IMG/VR virus record: IMGVR_UViG_3300036832_001138
Coordinates: 9,078-73,077 of that record
Length of the DNA stretch: 64,000 nucleotides
Reading direction: 5' to 3' (one strand)
Source: a virus
Position numbers and translations under genes: made by a program. Below, in pieces: positions 9,874 through 20,750 of the stretch. Numbering within the stretch: the first letter of the stretch is position 1; the number at the start of each line of letters is the position of its first letter. The notes under the pieces are model-generated. The model worked only from the letters and a program-made list of their open reading frames with translations. It had not been told where the DNA came from and did no database searches.

Positions 9874-10659
9874 TCATGCAATGGCACGGTTCCTCCGCTT
9901 GCGTGCGAGCCATACTAACCCAAGACCGAACAGTCCGGCGATCGGTCCGCTGCCGACGATCGGGCCGGGCACGGGCGTCGGACTATGCAGCGTGGTTTCG
10001 ATCAGCGCGCCAACATCGCCTTGAGCGAAAGGCGGGTGCGTCCCGCCAGTGAACGCAAAAACTTCGGTGATCTTGAAGTCCTGCCCCGGCAGGATTGCCG
10101 TCAGAGTCATATTGTCGATTCGGTTCACATTGCTGAATTGGTCCTGGCCTGCGAAACTCGAAATGCCGCCCACGAATGGGCCGCAAAACGGGTTGCTCGT
10201 GCCGCAAACGAGAACTTGCGTTGTCACGGTGTAACCCGGATTGGCGGAAGGCGGCGGGCTTTCGATCGAGCCCCATACCGTCGGCATTGTGATTGTGCCA
10301 GTGCCGGTGAACCTACCCTGCCACGTGGCATAGAGATACGACGTGCCACCTTGCGGCGGTGCAAACCCGTCGTTGAAAGTAAATTCGAACGTCGGGAAGC
10401 TTCCGCCGAGCCCGCCGGAGAATTGATTGCCTCCGGGCGGAATGACCATCGCCATGATCTGATCGAAACCGAACCCAGTGACTCCGGTGGGCAAGATAGG
10501 ATTGCCCAATAACTGCACGATTGGACTCGTGCCGGTGTTAGTGCCGAGCACCTGAATTCCGTTCATGCCTGCGGCCGGATCGAAATATCCAACCGTAACG
10601 GTGTCGGCATTAGCTGCCGTCGAGAACAACAACGTTGACGCGAGCAGTACCTTTTTCAT
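9874..10659 (-). CDS. Secreted PEP-CTERM-like (VPGPIVG-CTERM) protein
   Basis: Signal peptide MKKVLLASTLLFSTAANA; C-terminal VPGPIVGSG + TM helix + RKRR. Confidence 0.8.
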   Translation of the reverse strand: MKKVLLASTLLFSTAANADTVTVGYFDPAAGMNGIQVLGTNTGTSPIVQLLGNPILPTGVTGFGFDQIMAMVIPPGGNQFSGGLGGSFPTFEFTFNDGFAPPQGGTSYLYATWQGRFTGTGTITMPTVWGSIESPPPSANPGYTVTTQVLVCGTSNPFCGPFVGGISSFAGQDQFSNVNRIDNMTLTAILPGQDFKITEVFAFTGGTHPPFAQGDVGALIETTLHSPTPVPGPIVGSGPIAGLFGLGLVWLARKRRNRAIA

Positions 10660-10677
10660 GGCCGTTATCCTTCACGG

Positions 10678-11079
10678 TTAACCCCCTTTCCTCACCACGG
10701 CCGAATCTATCACTCGACCTAGTGCCTTCACGCCTTCCGGCGTGATCTCTAAAACCTTGTCGCCTTCGACACTGTGCACCTGAAAGTGCACGCCGCTCCA
10801 ATTCGCGATGCAGTCGCAGATCGCGACCAAAAGGCTATCGGCGCGTAGCTGATCGCGGCCCATGTCGGTGAGCGACACCGCGCGATACATCATGCTCTTT
10901 TCGCCGTGCGGGTCCTTGGCAATGAATCCATCTTGGTGCTCGCCCGGTCCGTGCACTTGCGCGAAACCCTTCGCGATCAGCGCGTCGAGCGCTTCGCCGT
11001 GACACTCGCCGTATTGCGAGAAAGCTTCGTTGCCGAGCCACGTCAGCAATTCGCGCTCGGGCAGGGTGAGGTCGGACAT
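10678..11079 (-). CDS. Hypothetical protein
   Basis: 133-aa ORF in the tightly packed minus-strand run. Confidence 0.55.
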   Translation of the reverse strand: MSDLTLPERELLTWLGNEAFSQYGECHGEALDALIAKGFAQVHGPGEHQDGFIAKDPHGEKSMMYRAVSLTDMGRDQLRADSLLVAICDCIANWSGVHFQVHSVEGDKVLEITPEGVKALGRVIDSAVVRKGG

Positions 11080-11085
11080 GTACGC

Positions 11086-11526
11086 TCACGATCCCAAGAG
11101 GAATTTTTGATCTAAGATTTCGGCCTCGTTCTGCGTAATGCGATCCTGATTTGCTTTCTTTTCACGCAGAGCCGTAAGGGCAGTCTCAGCGCAGTCCAAG
11201 CAGATACATTGGCCGTAAGCGCTCTTACAGCGGTAACCATCTTCGCTCAAACAAAACGAGCAAGCGTCGTGGCTTCGAAGCCTCCAACGGTTGCCGACGG
11301 AAACAAAATGTTGCGGATAATGAGAAAGGATAGACCTGATCTCGCGCATGTTCGTTTGATCGGAAAAAGGTTCGCCTGACCTTTTTTGCCATTCGGGATG
11401 TTGCGAGACTTCGGCCAAAATTTCTTCTAATGACAAAGTGCGCTCGTAGCCCGGAAGATGACCCGGAAGAACCGCCCGCAATCTGTTTAGGCGCTCGGAA
11501 TAGTCAGACCATCGTATTATTGTCAT
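11086..11526 (-). CDS. Hypothetical protein with ClpX-like C4 zinc finger
   Basis: CSFC...CICLDC; visibly lower GC. Confidence 0.5.
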   Translation of the reverse strand: MTIIRWSDYSERLNRLRAVLPGHLPGYERTLSLEEILAEVSQHPEWQKRSGEPFSDQTNMREIRSILSHYPQHFVSVGNRWRLRSHDACSFCLSEDGYRCKSAYGQCICLDCAETALTALREKKANQDRITQNEAEILDQKFLLGS

Positions 11527-11699
11527 CGCAGCGCCTTCGCGACCGCGCTCACGTGCTCGCGTGTGGCGCGGCGATAGCCGTTTTCCAGATTGGCGATGTG
11601 CGAGCGGGAGCAGCGCAGCCGCTTGGCAAGATCGTATTGCGAAAGTCCCTCGCGCTCGCGCATCCTGCGAATCCGTCGGGCTCGTTTGTCGCGCTTCAT
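11523..11699 (-). CDS. XRE-type HTH regulator
   Basis: 'IRRMREREGLSQYDLAKRLRCSRSHIANLENG'. Confidence 0.75.
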   Translation of the reverse strand: MKRDKRARRIRRMREREGLSQYDLAKRLRCSRSHIANLENGYRRATREHVSAVAKALR

Positions 11700-11886
11700 A
11701 CTGCACCCATGCGCTGCCGCCCGCGCTTTAGCGTGTAGCGGCCCCATCCGATCTCGATCAGGATGCCGCGCTCGACCAACGTCTTGAGCATCGGCAAGCG
11801 CTTCACGCCTGCGCGGTGCAGCGCGGTCTTGTAGTTCGCTACGTCGCGGCGGCGGATTTCAATGGGTCGGCGTCGGCGCGCGCGTT

Positions 11887-12591
11887 TCATGATGTTTGTC
11901 CCTCTCGCATCCCAAGCGTTATGTCGCCGAGTGCCGCGGTTTTTTCCTCGATCGTGTGCTCGGGACGATTAGTTAGATTCTCGGTCTTCTCGATCCACTC
12001 GCCGCCGGTCATTGACGGCGGAAAGAGCACGAAGCCTCGGCTGGCGTCGTAACGGATCAGCGTGGCGTAACCTTCCTTGCCGCGACGATCGAGGTACGCG
12101 CGCAAGACCGGATCGCGATGCGCGTCGGGATAGTTTGGATCGACCCACACTTGGATTGCGGGAATTGGCGTGCACTTACCGGTCGCATCGTCAACGTGCT
12201 CGACGAAATCCGGCGACATGTCGACGACGTAGTGCGAGCGATCGGGCCGCGAGAGTTCGGCCGTATCGTCGGCGACCAACCAGCGACATGACCAAAAGCG
12301 GCAACCAAAAGGTCGGCGCGCGTAGATCGCGCAGCCAACGTGAAATTTCTGAAACTTGCATCGCTCGCCCGCGGGTTTGTCGAAATCGCGGATCATGCGG
12401 CGCTTCTGCTCGGCCGTGAGCATTCCAAGCTCGATCATCTTGGCGAGCGTTTCATCGAAATGCTCAGTCTTCTCCGCTTTCATCGGCAACAGTTTGCAAC
12501 ACAAAGAGCAGTCGCCACATCGTCGCGCGTTCGGGAGTTCATTGATAATTCCGTCGGCATTGAATTGGATTTTGACCGTGCTCATGACCAA
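11887..12591 (-). CDS. Cys-cluster protein (YkgJ-like)
   Basis: CGDCSLCCK...C...CAIYARRPFGCRFWSCRW. Confidence 0.65.
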   Translation of the reverse strand: MVMSTVKIQFNADGIINELPNARRCGDCSLCCKLLPMKAEKTEHFDETLAKMIELGMLTAEQKRRMIRDFDKPAGERCKFQKFHVGCAIYARRPFGCRFWSCRWLVADDTAELSRPDRSHYVVDMSPDFVEHVDDATGKCTPIPAIQVWVDPNYPDAHRDPVLRAYLDRRGKEGYATLIRYDASRGFVLFPPSMTGGEWIEKTENLTNRPEHTIEEKTAALGDITLGMREGQTS

Positions 12592-13058
12592 TCCCCATAA
12601 TGGAGTTTTTCAGCTTCACGCCGAACAGCACCGGCAGCCTCGATCATGTCGTACAGGCCAAGCGAAAGCATCTTGCCATCAACGCAAATTCGCGCTCGAA
12701 ATCTCTCGCCGTATCGAGTCACGCCTCGAATGCCAGTTGTGTTATTGCAGCCGACGCTACGGTTTTTTCCATTCTGTGAGCGAGTAGCGGCGCGTAAATT
12801 GCGCCAGCGATTGTTGCTTTGTTTCCGATCGCGATGATCTGTTTCAGATGTGGGCCACGCTCCCGACACGAGAGCGCGCGCGACGATATGCGCCAGATAG
12901 TGATGGCCGTCGATATAAAGCCGACGATATTTGCGTACAGACTTGTTGCCGCGAAACCATCCTTTCGCTTGACGCACCGACGGCATACGCCAGCGAAACA
13001 AACCGGTTGCTTGGTTATATTCAAGCAAGGCGCGCAATCTCGCGATTGTTGGTTTCAT
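12582..13058 (-). CDS. HNH homing endonuclease with AP2-like domain
   Basis: 'TDHRDRKQSNNRWRNLRAATRSQN..N' then 'TGIRGV..FRARI..LGLYD..A'. Confidence 0.85.
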   Translation of the reverse strand: MKPTIARLRALLEYNQATGLFRWRMPSVRQAKGWFRGNKSVRKYRRLYIDGHHYLAHIVARALVSGAWPTSETDHRDRKQSNNRWRNLRAATRSQNGKNRSVGCNNTTGIRGVTRYGERFRARICVDGKMLSLGLYDMIEAAGAVRREAEKLHYGDWS

Positions 13059-13305
13059 TGCGTCGGCCCACCGGTTAGCTTGCGTTGAAGCTCGGTGATC
13101 AATGTCTCGAATTCCTTGCGCGTCGCCTCCATCTCGGCGAGCAGGGCCTCAAGCTCGATTTTGGTTTCGTCGAGCTTGGCGATCGCGCGCTTTTGCAGCG
13201 CGGCGAGATGATCAAACAGAGACGACATGCGATTCCTTCAACCAATGTAATTCTTACATAGGCCAATGGTCCCCGTCCAGTGGAAAGAAATTTTCTGGAC
13301 GGGGA

Positions 13306-13902
13306 TTAGTAAATCCAACAGCGATTGAGCGGGACGCCCGCCGTCCATGACCACGCGAAGGTCGGGGTGAGATCGCAACCGGCGGCGACAAGCAGCCATT
13401 TCCCCTCGCGGCCCAAGGGTATAAGCGGCGTGCCATTGGTGAGCGCCATGACTGCGGGCCCGTTGGGGGCGGCGCGGACGTTGAGCCCGTCGGCCGCCAC
13501 GTTCACCATCCCGGTTGAGCACCGGGGCGGATCGGCGCAGGCGGTATAGGGCCCGTACACCCAACCCAATGGCGGCGGCGCTGGCGGGGGCACCGGGGCC
13601 GCTTCCGCGACCACGGGCGGCGGCCCTGGCGGCACGGGCGGCGGCAGGAGCACCGGCAACGGGCCGGGGCAATAGGGGAAAGGCCCGCCCCGGCAGCCCG
13701 GCGGGACGCTGGCGGGCCCGTAGGCTTCGGTAAGCGTGGGGGCGCGGTATTGCCCAAGGGCGGGGGCCGAAACCAGCGCCAGCGCCATCCCTAGGGCCGG
13801 GGCTAGGCTAGCGGCGAGCCCAAACCGTAACGGACGCCGGGTGCATTCGAGGGGCGATTTTGGGCCGGTTTGGGCCCTATTTTGGCAGGGGTTCATTTGC
13901 AT
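13306..13902 (-). CDS. Pro-rich secreted SH3-like domain protein (start uncertain)
   Basis: 'VNVAADGLNVRAAPNGPAVMALTNGT..LGREGKWLLV'. Confidence 0.6.
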   Translation of the reverse strand: MQMNPCQNRAQTGPKSPLECTRRPLRFGLAASLAPALGMALALVSAPALGQYRAPTLTEAYGPASVPPGCRGGPFPYCPGPLPVLLPPPVPPGPPPVVAEAAPVPPPAPPPLGWVYGPYTACADPPRCSTGMVNVAADGLNVRAAPNGPAVMALTNGTPLIPLGREGKWLLVAAGCDLTPTFAWSWTAGVPLNRCWIY

Positions 13903-14406
13903 AAGCCTTTCGTTTTCTTAGCTTTCTTTGCCGCGCGCGGGTTCTCTCGCGGGCCGTGTCGAGCGTAACCTTGCCCCTAGCGATCGCCATAAGCTCATAC
14001 GCGCGGCTCACCCCCAAACCGCAGACTTCCCGCACGATCCCCTCCCAAAAATGCTTGGTCTTGTCTTGCCGCAGTGCAACAAGCGCCTTGCCCGCTTCGC
14101 GGTAATATCCTGGCGACTTCGGGAACCGGCGGCCGAAATAGACCATCGAGCGCACCCGACGGGTTTGCTCAAGATCGTGGTCGTCGAGCCGGATGGGCAA
14201 TTCGCTGATCGTCGTCATCGCGCTCATCCCGGCCACACAAAAATGTGCGAATAGACGCAAATCGCGATCCATATGGCCGCACCCGCGAGCATCAGGAAAT
14301 TGATAAATCCGTCACTCATCGCAGCGTGATCCAAACCGCGATCCCGAACATCACGATGCAGAGCGCGATCACCGCGAGTCCAAACAGGATGATCTCATTC
14401 ATTTTT

Positions 14407-14700
14407 TTAACGCTGCCGATTCTTCATTTCGTCGCGCGTCAACTGCGATACGCCCTTACTCCGCCGTTCCTTTTCCGTCAGCTTGGGATAGCACTCGACA
14501 CAGATGCGCTTGGGCACCCTTGGGGCGTGCCAGCGATACATGATCGGGCACCCGCATCGGCAGCACACGCCCTTGAAATTGTCGTCGAACGGCGATGGCC
14601 CATCCGGCAGGCAAACAAGATATTCCGCCGTTTCTGCTTTCGCGTCGGATACGACCTTAACCGGCGTGTTGCCGACGTTGACTGTCTCGCGTTTTTTCAC
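14407..14700 (-). CDS. Small Zn-binding hypothetical protein, paralogue of 54157-54435
   Basis: CxxC pairs; aligns by eye with the 54157 ORF. Confidence 0.65.
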   Translation of the reverse strand: MKKRETVNVGNTPVKVVSDAKAETAEYLVCLPDGPSPFDDNFKGVCCRCGCPIMYRWHAPRVPKRICVECYPKLTEKERRSKGVSQLTRDEMKNRQR

Positions 14701-15647
14701 GGGATATCTCCGGCGGCTTCGATCGGCGTGAGCATCGAGCGCACGTGATCGCAGAGCACTTTTGTCGTGGCCTCACGCGTGCCGGTAATGCGCAGCCATT
14801 CGGCGATCTTGGCGTCGTCCCATGCTCCGCCGCTGTGAAATAGCAAGACCAGCTTGAGCGCATCCATCACGCTGTAGGACGGTTCGGATTCGTAGTTCGT
14901 TTCGGTCATCATTCCGGTTCCGTTTCAAAATAAGCAGCGAGCGCAGATTCCGGTCCGGTTAGCGCAGCGACGGCGAGCGCCACCAACACACCGATATCGC
15001 CCTCGAACCAACCGCTATCCCCGACCAATCGGGCGAGCGCTTCGATAAGCTCGCGCTGGCCTGCGGTGAGTTCATCGTCGAGATGATTCAGCGCTTGGCT
15101 GAATTTCCAGTTTACCAAGCGCGATTTCAGCTTCTCATTCATCGCTTGTCATCCTGATCCGACACGCGCAGCAACGGCCGCTCGCCCTGCGCATCCTGAT
15201 AATCCTCGCGCGCGACTTTGAGCCCGCGCCGCTGTAGCTGGCGGCGGATGTTCGTGGAGTCGCCGCGCACGTCGCAGTGATTGCCGTAAAGCACGACGCC
15301 AAGGAAAACCATCTTGGCGCGCACGGCTTCCCAATCCTTGCACGCGCCCCAATTGATATGCACGTTTTCGGTTTTCATTTTTCGTCTCGTTGAGTTTCGA
15401 GCGTCATAACCCGTGCTGCTAGATCGCGAAGCTCGGATAGCGCTCGATCGATATCGGTATGCATGGCTTCGACTTCGCCCGCGGTAATGTTGGTTCTGGC
15501 GAGATCGTTGACGGCAGCACGTATCAATCGCATGTCATGTTGCAATGTCGAAATGGCTTCGCCAATCAGCGGCAAGCCATCAACTCTTGCACGGATCGGC
15601 GCGAGTTCGGCGCGCAACATTTCGAGTGTCAGATCAGTCACGATAGT

Positions 15648-15866
15648 TCACACCGTTTCCGGCCAAGATTGCACGAGCATCGCGAGCATGGTGCGGTTGC
15701 GGATGACCAACTTTTGAAACACGTTTTCCAAGCTCCGGCGCACGCCGCCCGCGGTGGTGCCGACCTTGCACGCGATCTCTTTGTTGGTGAGTCCGTGCGC
15801 AACCAGCCGCGCAATCTCAAGCTCGCGCGCGGATAGCTCCTGCATTGCATAGGCCGTCGTGTTCAT
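15648..15866 (-). CDS. LuxR-type HTH protein
   Basis: 'LSARELEIARLVAHGLTNKEIA..V...L.NVFQKL.IRNRT.L'. Confidence 0.85.
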   Translation of the reverse strand: MNTTAYAMQELSARELEIARLVAHGLTNKEIACKVGTTAGGVRRSLENVFQKLVIRNRTMLAMLVQSWPETV

Positions 15867-15876
15867 GGCGCACCGT

Positions 15877-16164
15877 TTACCGCTTGAAGTTGAACGCGCG
15901 ATCGAAGCTCGACGGTGCGGTCGTGACCGAACCCTGATAGGTCCCGTGCGTGCCATAGAGGTTCGTTTCGTTGCCATTGCGGATCGAGCTTCCGGAAAAG
16001 TTTCCGTTGCGATCGTAAAAGCTCGTTGAATTGCCGTGCGTGATCGCCGAGCCGGAATAGCGCCCGTTGGCGTCGCGGAAGTTTTCTTGCTGTGCCAGAG
16101 CCACAGTCGCGATCATGGTGGTGATTGTGATGGTGATCACAATTCCGAACAAAAATCGTCGCAT
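15877..16164 (-). CDS. Small secreted beta-repeat protein
   Basis: Signal peptide; repeats of (F/Y)xDxNGx(Y/F)SGS. Confidence 0.6.
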   Translation of the reverse strand: MRRFLFGIVITITITTMIATVALAQQENFRDANGRYSGSAITHGNSTSFYDRNGNFSGSSIRNGNETNLYGTHGTYQGSVTTAPSSFDRAFNFKR

Positions 16165-16577
16165 TGGTCCTTATCCTTTGCCCCGCGCGGGGGAAGTGGG
16201 GAAAATCGGGGCCGCCGACGCGGCGGGGGTGAGAGAGTCGGCGGCCCCTTGGGGCCCGTTCGATCGAGGGGGGATCGACCGGCCGGGCTTTCTCGTTAAT
16301 CCTTCTTAAAGTTGAAGTAGACGCGCGGGCTATGCGTGAACTCTAGCGAGCCTTTCGCGCCGTCGGCTTTGCGCTTCACGACGACGAACGGTGCCATGAA
16401 GCCGATCACTTCGAAGTCGCGCGTAAGCTCGTTGGTTGTCCAGCGCTCTTGCGCTTGGGCGAGATCGCGATGCGGTTGACCGCTTTCGATCATGGCACGG
16501 CGGATGCTCGTACCGTTTTCGATCATGGCGCGGCGGTCGCTCTCGGTTTCATCGTGGCTCATTTGTCAGTCTCCCGG

Positions 16578-17135
16578 TTAGTCGCTAAGGTTCTGCTCGA
16601 CGTTCATTTCTAAGTGCGCTTCGCGTGCGCGAGCGGCATCGCAAGCCTTCTCATATTCGCGGCGTAGAGCATTGATCGCCTGCTCGTAATCCTCCGCCGA
16701 TTTGAAACCGTAACCGCGGCTCACTTTGATCTGCACGTCGCGAAGCTCGCGATCGATCTCGGTGATGCGCTCGCGCAATCTGCGCTGCTCGATCAGGCGA
16801 TCCTTGATCCACTCGACCGGCGGATAAACTTCGGTCGGGCCGCCGTAGCTCTCGCGCGCTTTCTTGCTGTAGCTGCCATCGGTGAACAGCAAATTCCCCT
16901 CGCGCTGGTGAATGCCCTTGATTTGCGTCACGCCGCTGCCGTCATGCTTGAGCACGTCGAGCGCGAGGTTCATCGCCTTGGCTTTGATCTCGACCTTTTC
17001 GGCAGCGTCGATCGCGGCGGTTGCTTCGTCGAAACTCGCGAAGTGATTCGGGCGTAGCTCGCCGCCTTCGACGCGAAACTTTTTCGAGTCCGCGTCGATG
17101 ACGATATCGCGGTCCTTATAGGTTGCGAGCTTCAT
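16578..17135 (-). CDS. Hypothetical protein
   Basis: GGAG RBS; MKLATYKDRD...; coiled-coil C-terminus. Confidence 0.6.
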   Translation of the reverse strand: MKLATYKDRDIVIDADSKKFRVEGGELRPNHFASFDEATAAIDAAEKVEIKAKAMNLALDVLKHDGSGVTQIKGIHQREGNLLFTDGSYSKKARESYGGPTEVYPPVEWIKDRLIEQRRLRERITEIDRELRDVQIKVSRGYGFKSAEDYEQAINALRREYEKACDAARAREAHLEMNVEQNLSD

Positions 17136-18180
17136 TGCTGGACTCCGATCTTCCTGAGATTGATGGGCGCAGTGCGGTAGGTGTAGCCGAGATATCCGCC
17201 CCAATCCGATCCGTCGGGTTTCATCTCAAACAGCGAGCGCACGGTCACCATGCCGTCGCGGTGCACGCGTAAGACGCGGGCGCGGATGCGCCGATGCGGC
17301 GCAAACCAAAGCTCGTAACAAACAAGATCGTCCTTTTTGATTTGCGCGGTCATCGCAGCAATCCCAAGTGAAATTGGATCGTGGTGAGCGCGTCTTGCGC
17401 TTCCTCCATGTATTCCTTGGCCTTGTCGATCAGTCGCGGCACGTCGGCTTGCTGTGCTTCCTTCATGATGGTGAGCGTCGCGCTCACGCCTTCGAGCGCG
17501 AGCATCAACTTTTCCGTCGCGGGCCGATCAGCTTTTCGCTTAGCCATGATGGTGGCCCCCCGATCGCGCGTAAGCTTTGCGGGCGTAATGGAGCGCGCAG
17601 CGCAGCGTGCAAAATGGCTTGTAAGGCGTGGAGTAGGTTTCGCCGTCCCACACCCATCGCGTCATGACGGCTCGGCCATCGTCGGCGCTGATATACGGCG
17701 AGGTTTCTTTGATCACGACGCCGTTGCCGCGGTAGGGCGGCGGCGGCGGGATTTCTCCCACTGTGATGTAGCTGCGACGCACGCGGCCGCCCCATTCCTT
17801 TTGCTCGTGCAATCGGCTCGGCGCGTCCCAACGCACCTCTTGCGATGCCGCGTTGCGCCTGCCGTAAGCTTTGCCGCAGCATGCGCATTTCGGGCGAGGT
17901 GCGCCGCGCTTTAGCGTGGCGTCGAGCGATCGCATTTCTTTCTTGGTCGGAGCGGCCATGGCTCAATCCTCCAACTCGATTCGCTCGGCCTGCTCGATCG
18001 CGTCGGCGAGCTTACGCGCGTCGCGGGCTTGCTGCTCGAATGTCTCGACAATGCGCCTGCGGCCTTCGTCCGACCAATACATCGCATCGGCCGGAGGCGT
18101 GTTGTGCACAAGCGCATCCGCTTCATATTGATCGGCGGCGACGCGCAGCGCATTGGCGAGGGTATGGCGTTTCGCGCGCA

Positions 18181-18606
18181 TCACGCCACCGCTTCCGCGA
18201 GCACCTTCCACGCATCAACGCCGGGCTCGAATTCGAGCGTCAGCGCATGGTGAAACGTTTCGCCGATGTAGCCTTTGATGTCGTTGCGGTTCGGTCCGCT
18301 CACGCGCAGATCGATCTCGAACGCGAGCGACGGCCGCACGGTCACGACGTGATAGGTCCAGCCGTCGTAATAACCGCCATCATTCATATGGTGAAACGCC
18401 GTCTTGAACCGCAGACAATCGCTTGTCGAATTGTCGAGATCGAGCGTCGTGGGATTATCGAAGCCGCCGCCCGATGGCATGTGCTCGCGCGTGAGCACTT
18501 CGATGGTGTCGGTATGGCGCTTGAACCATTCGGAATTGCCGTTGGCGCGGCAAGTCTCGCGCGCGTCGATCGCGCTGGCGATGATCTGATAAAGCTTGCG
18601 GCGCAT
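18181..18606 (-). CDS. Conserved phage hypothetical protein
   Basis: 'MPSGGGFD..FHHMNDGGYYDGWT'; GAAGGAGTC RBS; first gene after the 18635 promoter. Confidence 0.65.
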   Translation of the reverse strand: MRRKLYQIIASAIDARETCRANGNSEWFKRHTDTIEVLTREHMPSGGGFDNPTTLDLDNSTSDCLRFKTAFHHMNDGGYYDGWTYHVVTVRPSLAFEIDLRVSGPNRNDIKGYIGETFHHALTLEFEPGVDAWKVLAEAVA

Positions 18607-18634
18607 GACGATGTGACTCCTTCAACCGGTTCCA

Positions 18635-18663
18635 GATATGGGCCAATGGCCCGGATTTGGCAA
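18635..18663 (-). promoter_or_regulatory. Putative sigma70 promoter with operator
   Basis: Minus strand TTGCCA-N17-CATATC containing GGGCCATTGGCCC. Confidence 0.6.
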
Positions 18664-18852
18664 GAGGGTTTGCGATTTTCTTTTGCCGAGTTATACGCTC
18701 GACGCGCGCAAATTTTTTCCGCGGGCCGGTTGTCCGGATCGCATTTTCGCTATACATTCCAAGGTAATCGCACCGTCGTAGCCGACTCCTTCAACCGTGC
18801 TTTAGTGCTCCGGTGCGGCGGACCGCCGCGAACGGCAAAGGTCGCGCTGGTC

Positions 18853-18915
18853 AAAAAGAAACCCCCGGTCGGGCTCGGCCTCATAAGCCAAAGCCCTTCC
18901 GGGGGTTTTCATTTT
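18853..18915. terminator. Possible bidirectional terminator
   Basis: A-run, GAAACCCCCGG...CCGGGGGTTTT, T-run. Confidence 0.45.
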
Positions 18916-18934
18916 CAGCGATGTGACTCCTTTA

Positions 18935-19318
18935 TCAAGGCGCAGGCGGTAACGGCGTTCGGTTGATCGAGCGGCAACCACGATCGCGATCGGCGTTTAT
19001 TAGATCGCGAGCGAGCACCGCCGCGTCCGCGGCCATGCCGACATATTCGGGAAACGCATTGAGTAGAATTCCCGCATAGCGCAGTTGATTGGCTTCGACC
19101 CGTCCGCACAGCTTATCGTAAACAATAATCTGTGCAGCGCGCTTCAAATCCTTCCCAACGACACTAATCCAAACCCAAGAGTTGATGCCGTTATCGCTCG
19201 CCCAATTTTGGTATTGCATCCGCAGAGCGGAGGCTTCCGGACTTACGTTGCTGTCCTGCGCCGATGCCATGCTCACGGTCGCAAGCACGAGCATCATGAG
19301 AGCGATTAGAGTTCGCAT
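18935..19318 (-). CDS. Secreted hypothetical protein
   Basis: Signal peptide MRTLIALMMLVLATVSMASA; RBS supplied by the repeat element. Confidence 0.6.
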   Translation of the reverse strand: MRTLIALMMLVLATVSMASAQDSNVSPEASALRMQYQNWASDNGINSWVWISVVGKDLKRAAQIIVYDKLCGRVEANQLRYAGILLNAFPEYVGMAADAAVLARDLINADRDRGCRSINRTPLPPAP

Positions 19319-19410
19319 TGTTCGACTCCTTCGTTGTGATGCACCGGGGCAAGCCGGTGAGTGCCGATGGGCACTATCGAATCCCGCCTCGCGACGGGAC
19401 TCTGTAGCGC

Positions 19411-19755
19411 TCAACCTTTGTGGTGATGCCAACTATGGCCGCCGTCGTGGCTGTGCGCCCCGTGGCCGACGACCTGCTTATTGACCGAGCGGCCGGATAG
19501 CTGCTCGGCGCGGGCGATCTCCGCCTTGGCGAGCCCCGAACCGTGCACCATCAATTGCCGATAGGCGCACGCGTCGGTCACGCCGTTTCGATCGTCTTCG
19601 GTCCAGCCCGCAAACGCGATCGCGCCTTGCGGCCCGATCACCGGCTTAACCTGCTTTGCCGCTAATCGCTGTGAGAGCTTCGCAACAGCGTCGCGGACTT
19701 CCTGCTTGCGCTGCGAAATCGTTTGACCGCGGCGCAACCTTGTATCGCATGGCAT
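19411..19755 (-). CDS. Hypothetical protein of the AAA cluster
   Basis: 114 aa between two repeat copies; His-rich tail. Confidence 0.65.
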   Translation of the reverse strand: MPCDTRLRRGQTISQRKQEVRDAVAKLSQRLAAKQVKPVIGPQGAIAFAGWTEDDRNGVTDACAYRQLMVHGSGLAKAEIARAEQLSGRSVNKQVVGHGAHSHDGGHSWHHHKG

Positions 19756-19848
19756 GGGAGACTCCTTCGTATGAGAGCGCCGGGGGCAAACCCGGCGAGT
19801 GCATGCGCACTATGACCGGGCCCGCATGGGGCCCGGCTTAGTGCTCAC

Positions 19849-20652
19849 TTATCGCGTGGGATCGTTGGTGTATTCTTCCCACTGCTTCTTTTCGAGTTGG
19901 TCTTTCGACAACGCGTCGAGCGGAGAAAGATCGATTGCCCGGCCCGTGGTCACGGGCGCGGCGATCGCTTTGCCGTCGGTATCGAGATCGAGGAACGCCG
20001 TGCGCTGCTCGGCGATCCTGCGGATGGCCGACCGATCAACCTCGACCGCGGCCTGCTCCCCGGCCGCTTTGATGGCCGTGGCGCTGGCGCGTGCCAGATC
20101 GATCGCGACTTGCACGCGGGCGGTTGCGTCAGGCGAAAGCATCTGCCCGACGCTCTTGGCCCGGCGGGCCGCCTCACGAACCTTTTTCACGTCGAGGTTC
20201 GCTAAGCCTTCCTGCATATCGTCCATCAAATCGCGAATCTCGCTATTGATGGCCTTGACCGCCTCAACGTCGTCGGGAGCGATCCGCCCCGTCATGACGT
20301 TGACGCTCAACCGCGTGACGTTTGCGGTTGCGTTGAACGCGTCTTGGATGCGCCGTGCTTCGGCGATCGCAGCGGCGAGCTTATCGCTTTCCGCTTCCGG
20401 GCAGAGCAGCCCGAACGCGCTATGCGCGCAAACCTTGCGGATCGCGTTAGATGCCTTGCCGCGGGCAACCGCCGCGGCTTCGTGCTCGACCGGATCGACG
20501 ATCGTGCGCTCGGTTTCCCAACGCGCCCGCCGCTCGCCTTCCGGCGTAGTGTGATCGGCTTCGATCGTTTGCTTGGCGTAGCTCACATTGCCGCGGACGC
20601 TGGTCGACAACGCAACCAAAAGGCCGGGGCGCAGTGTGGAGGTATTTAACAT
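19849..20652 (-). CDS. Helical hypothetical protein (possibly DUF3150-like)
   Basis: 267 aa downstream of the AAA ATPase; C-terminal 'GRAIDL'. Confidence 0.6.
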   Translation of the reverse strand: MLNTSTLRPGLLVALSTSVRGNVSYAKQTIEADHTTPEGERRARWETERTIVDPVEHEAAAVARGKASNAIRKVCAHSAFGLLCPEAESDKLAAAIAEARRIQDAFNATANVTRLSVNVMTGRIAPDDVEAVKAINSEIRDLMDDMQEGLANLDVKKVREAARRAKSVGQMLSPDATARVQVAIDLARASATAIKAAGEQAAVEVDRSAIRRIAEQRTAFLDLDTDGKAIAAPVTTGRAIDLSPLDALSKDQLEKKQWEEYTNDPTR

Positions 20653-20750
20653 GGTTAGACTCCTTCGTTTGATATGTCCGGGGCAAGCCGGAACACGTGC
20701 TCGGCGAGCACTATCGAGGGCAGCGCCTTAGCTGCCCTCTGTAGCGATCG

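Noticed and set aside
12533-12541. GGGAGTTCA as another guide unit
   Set aside because: Inside a CDS and lacks the flanking CA/TGG motifs and stem
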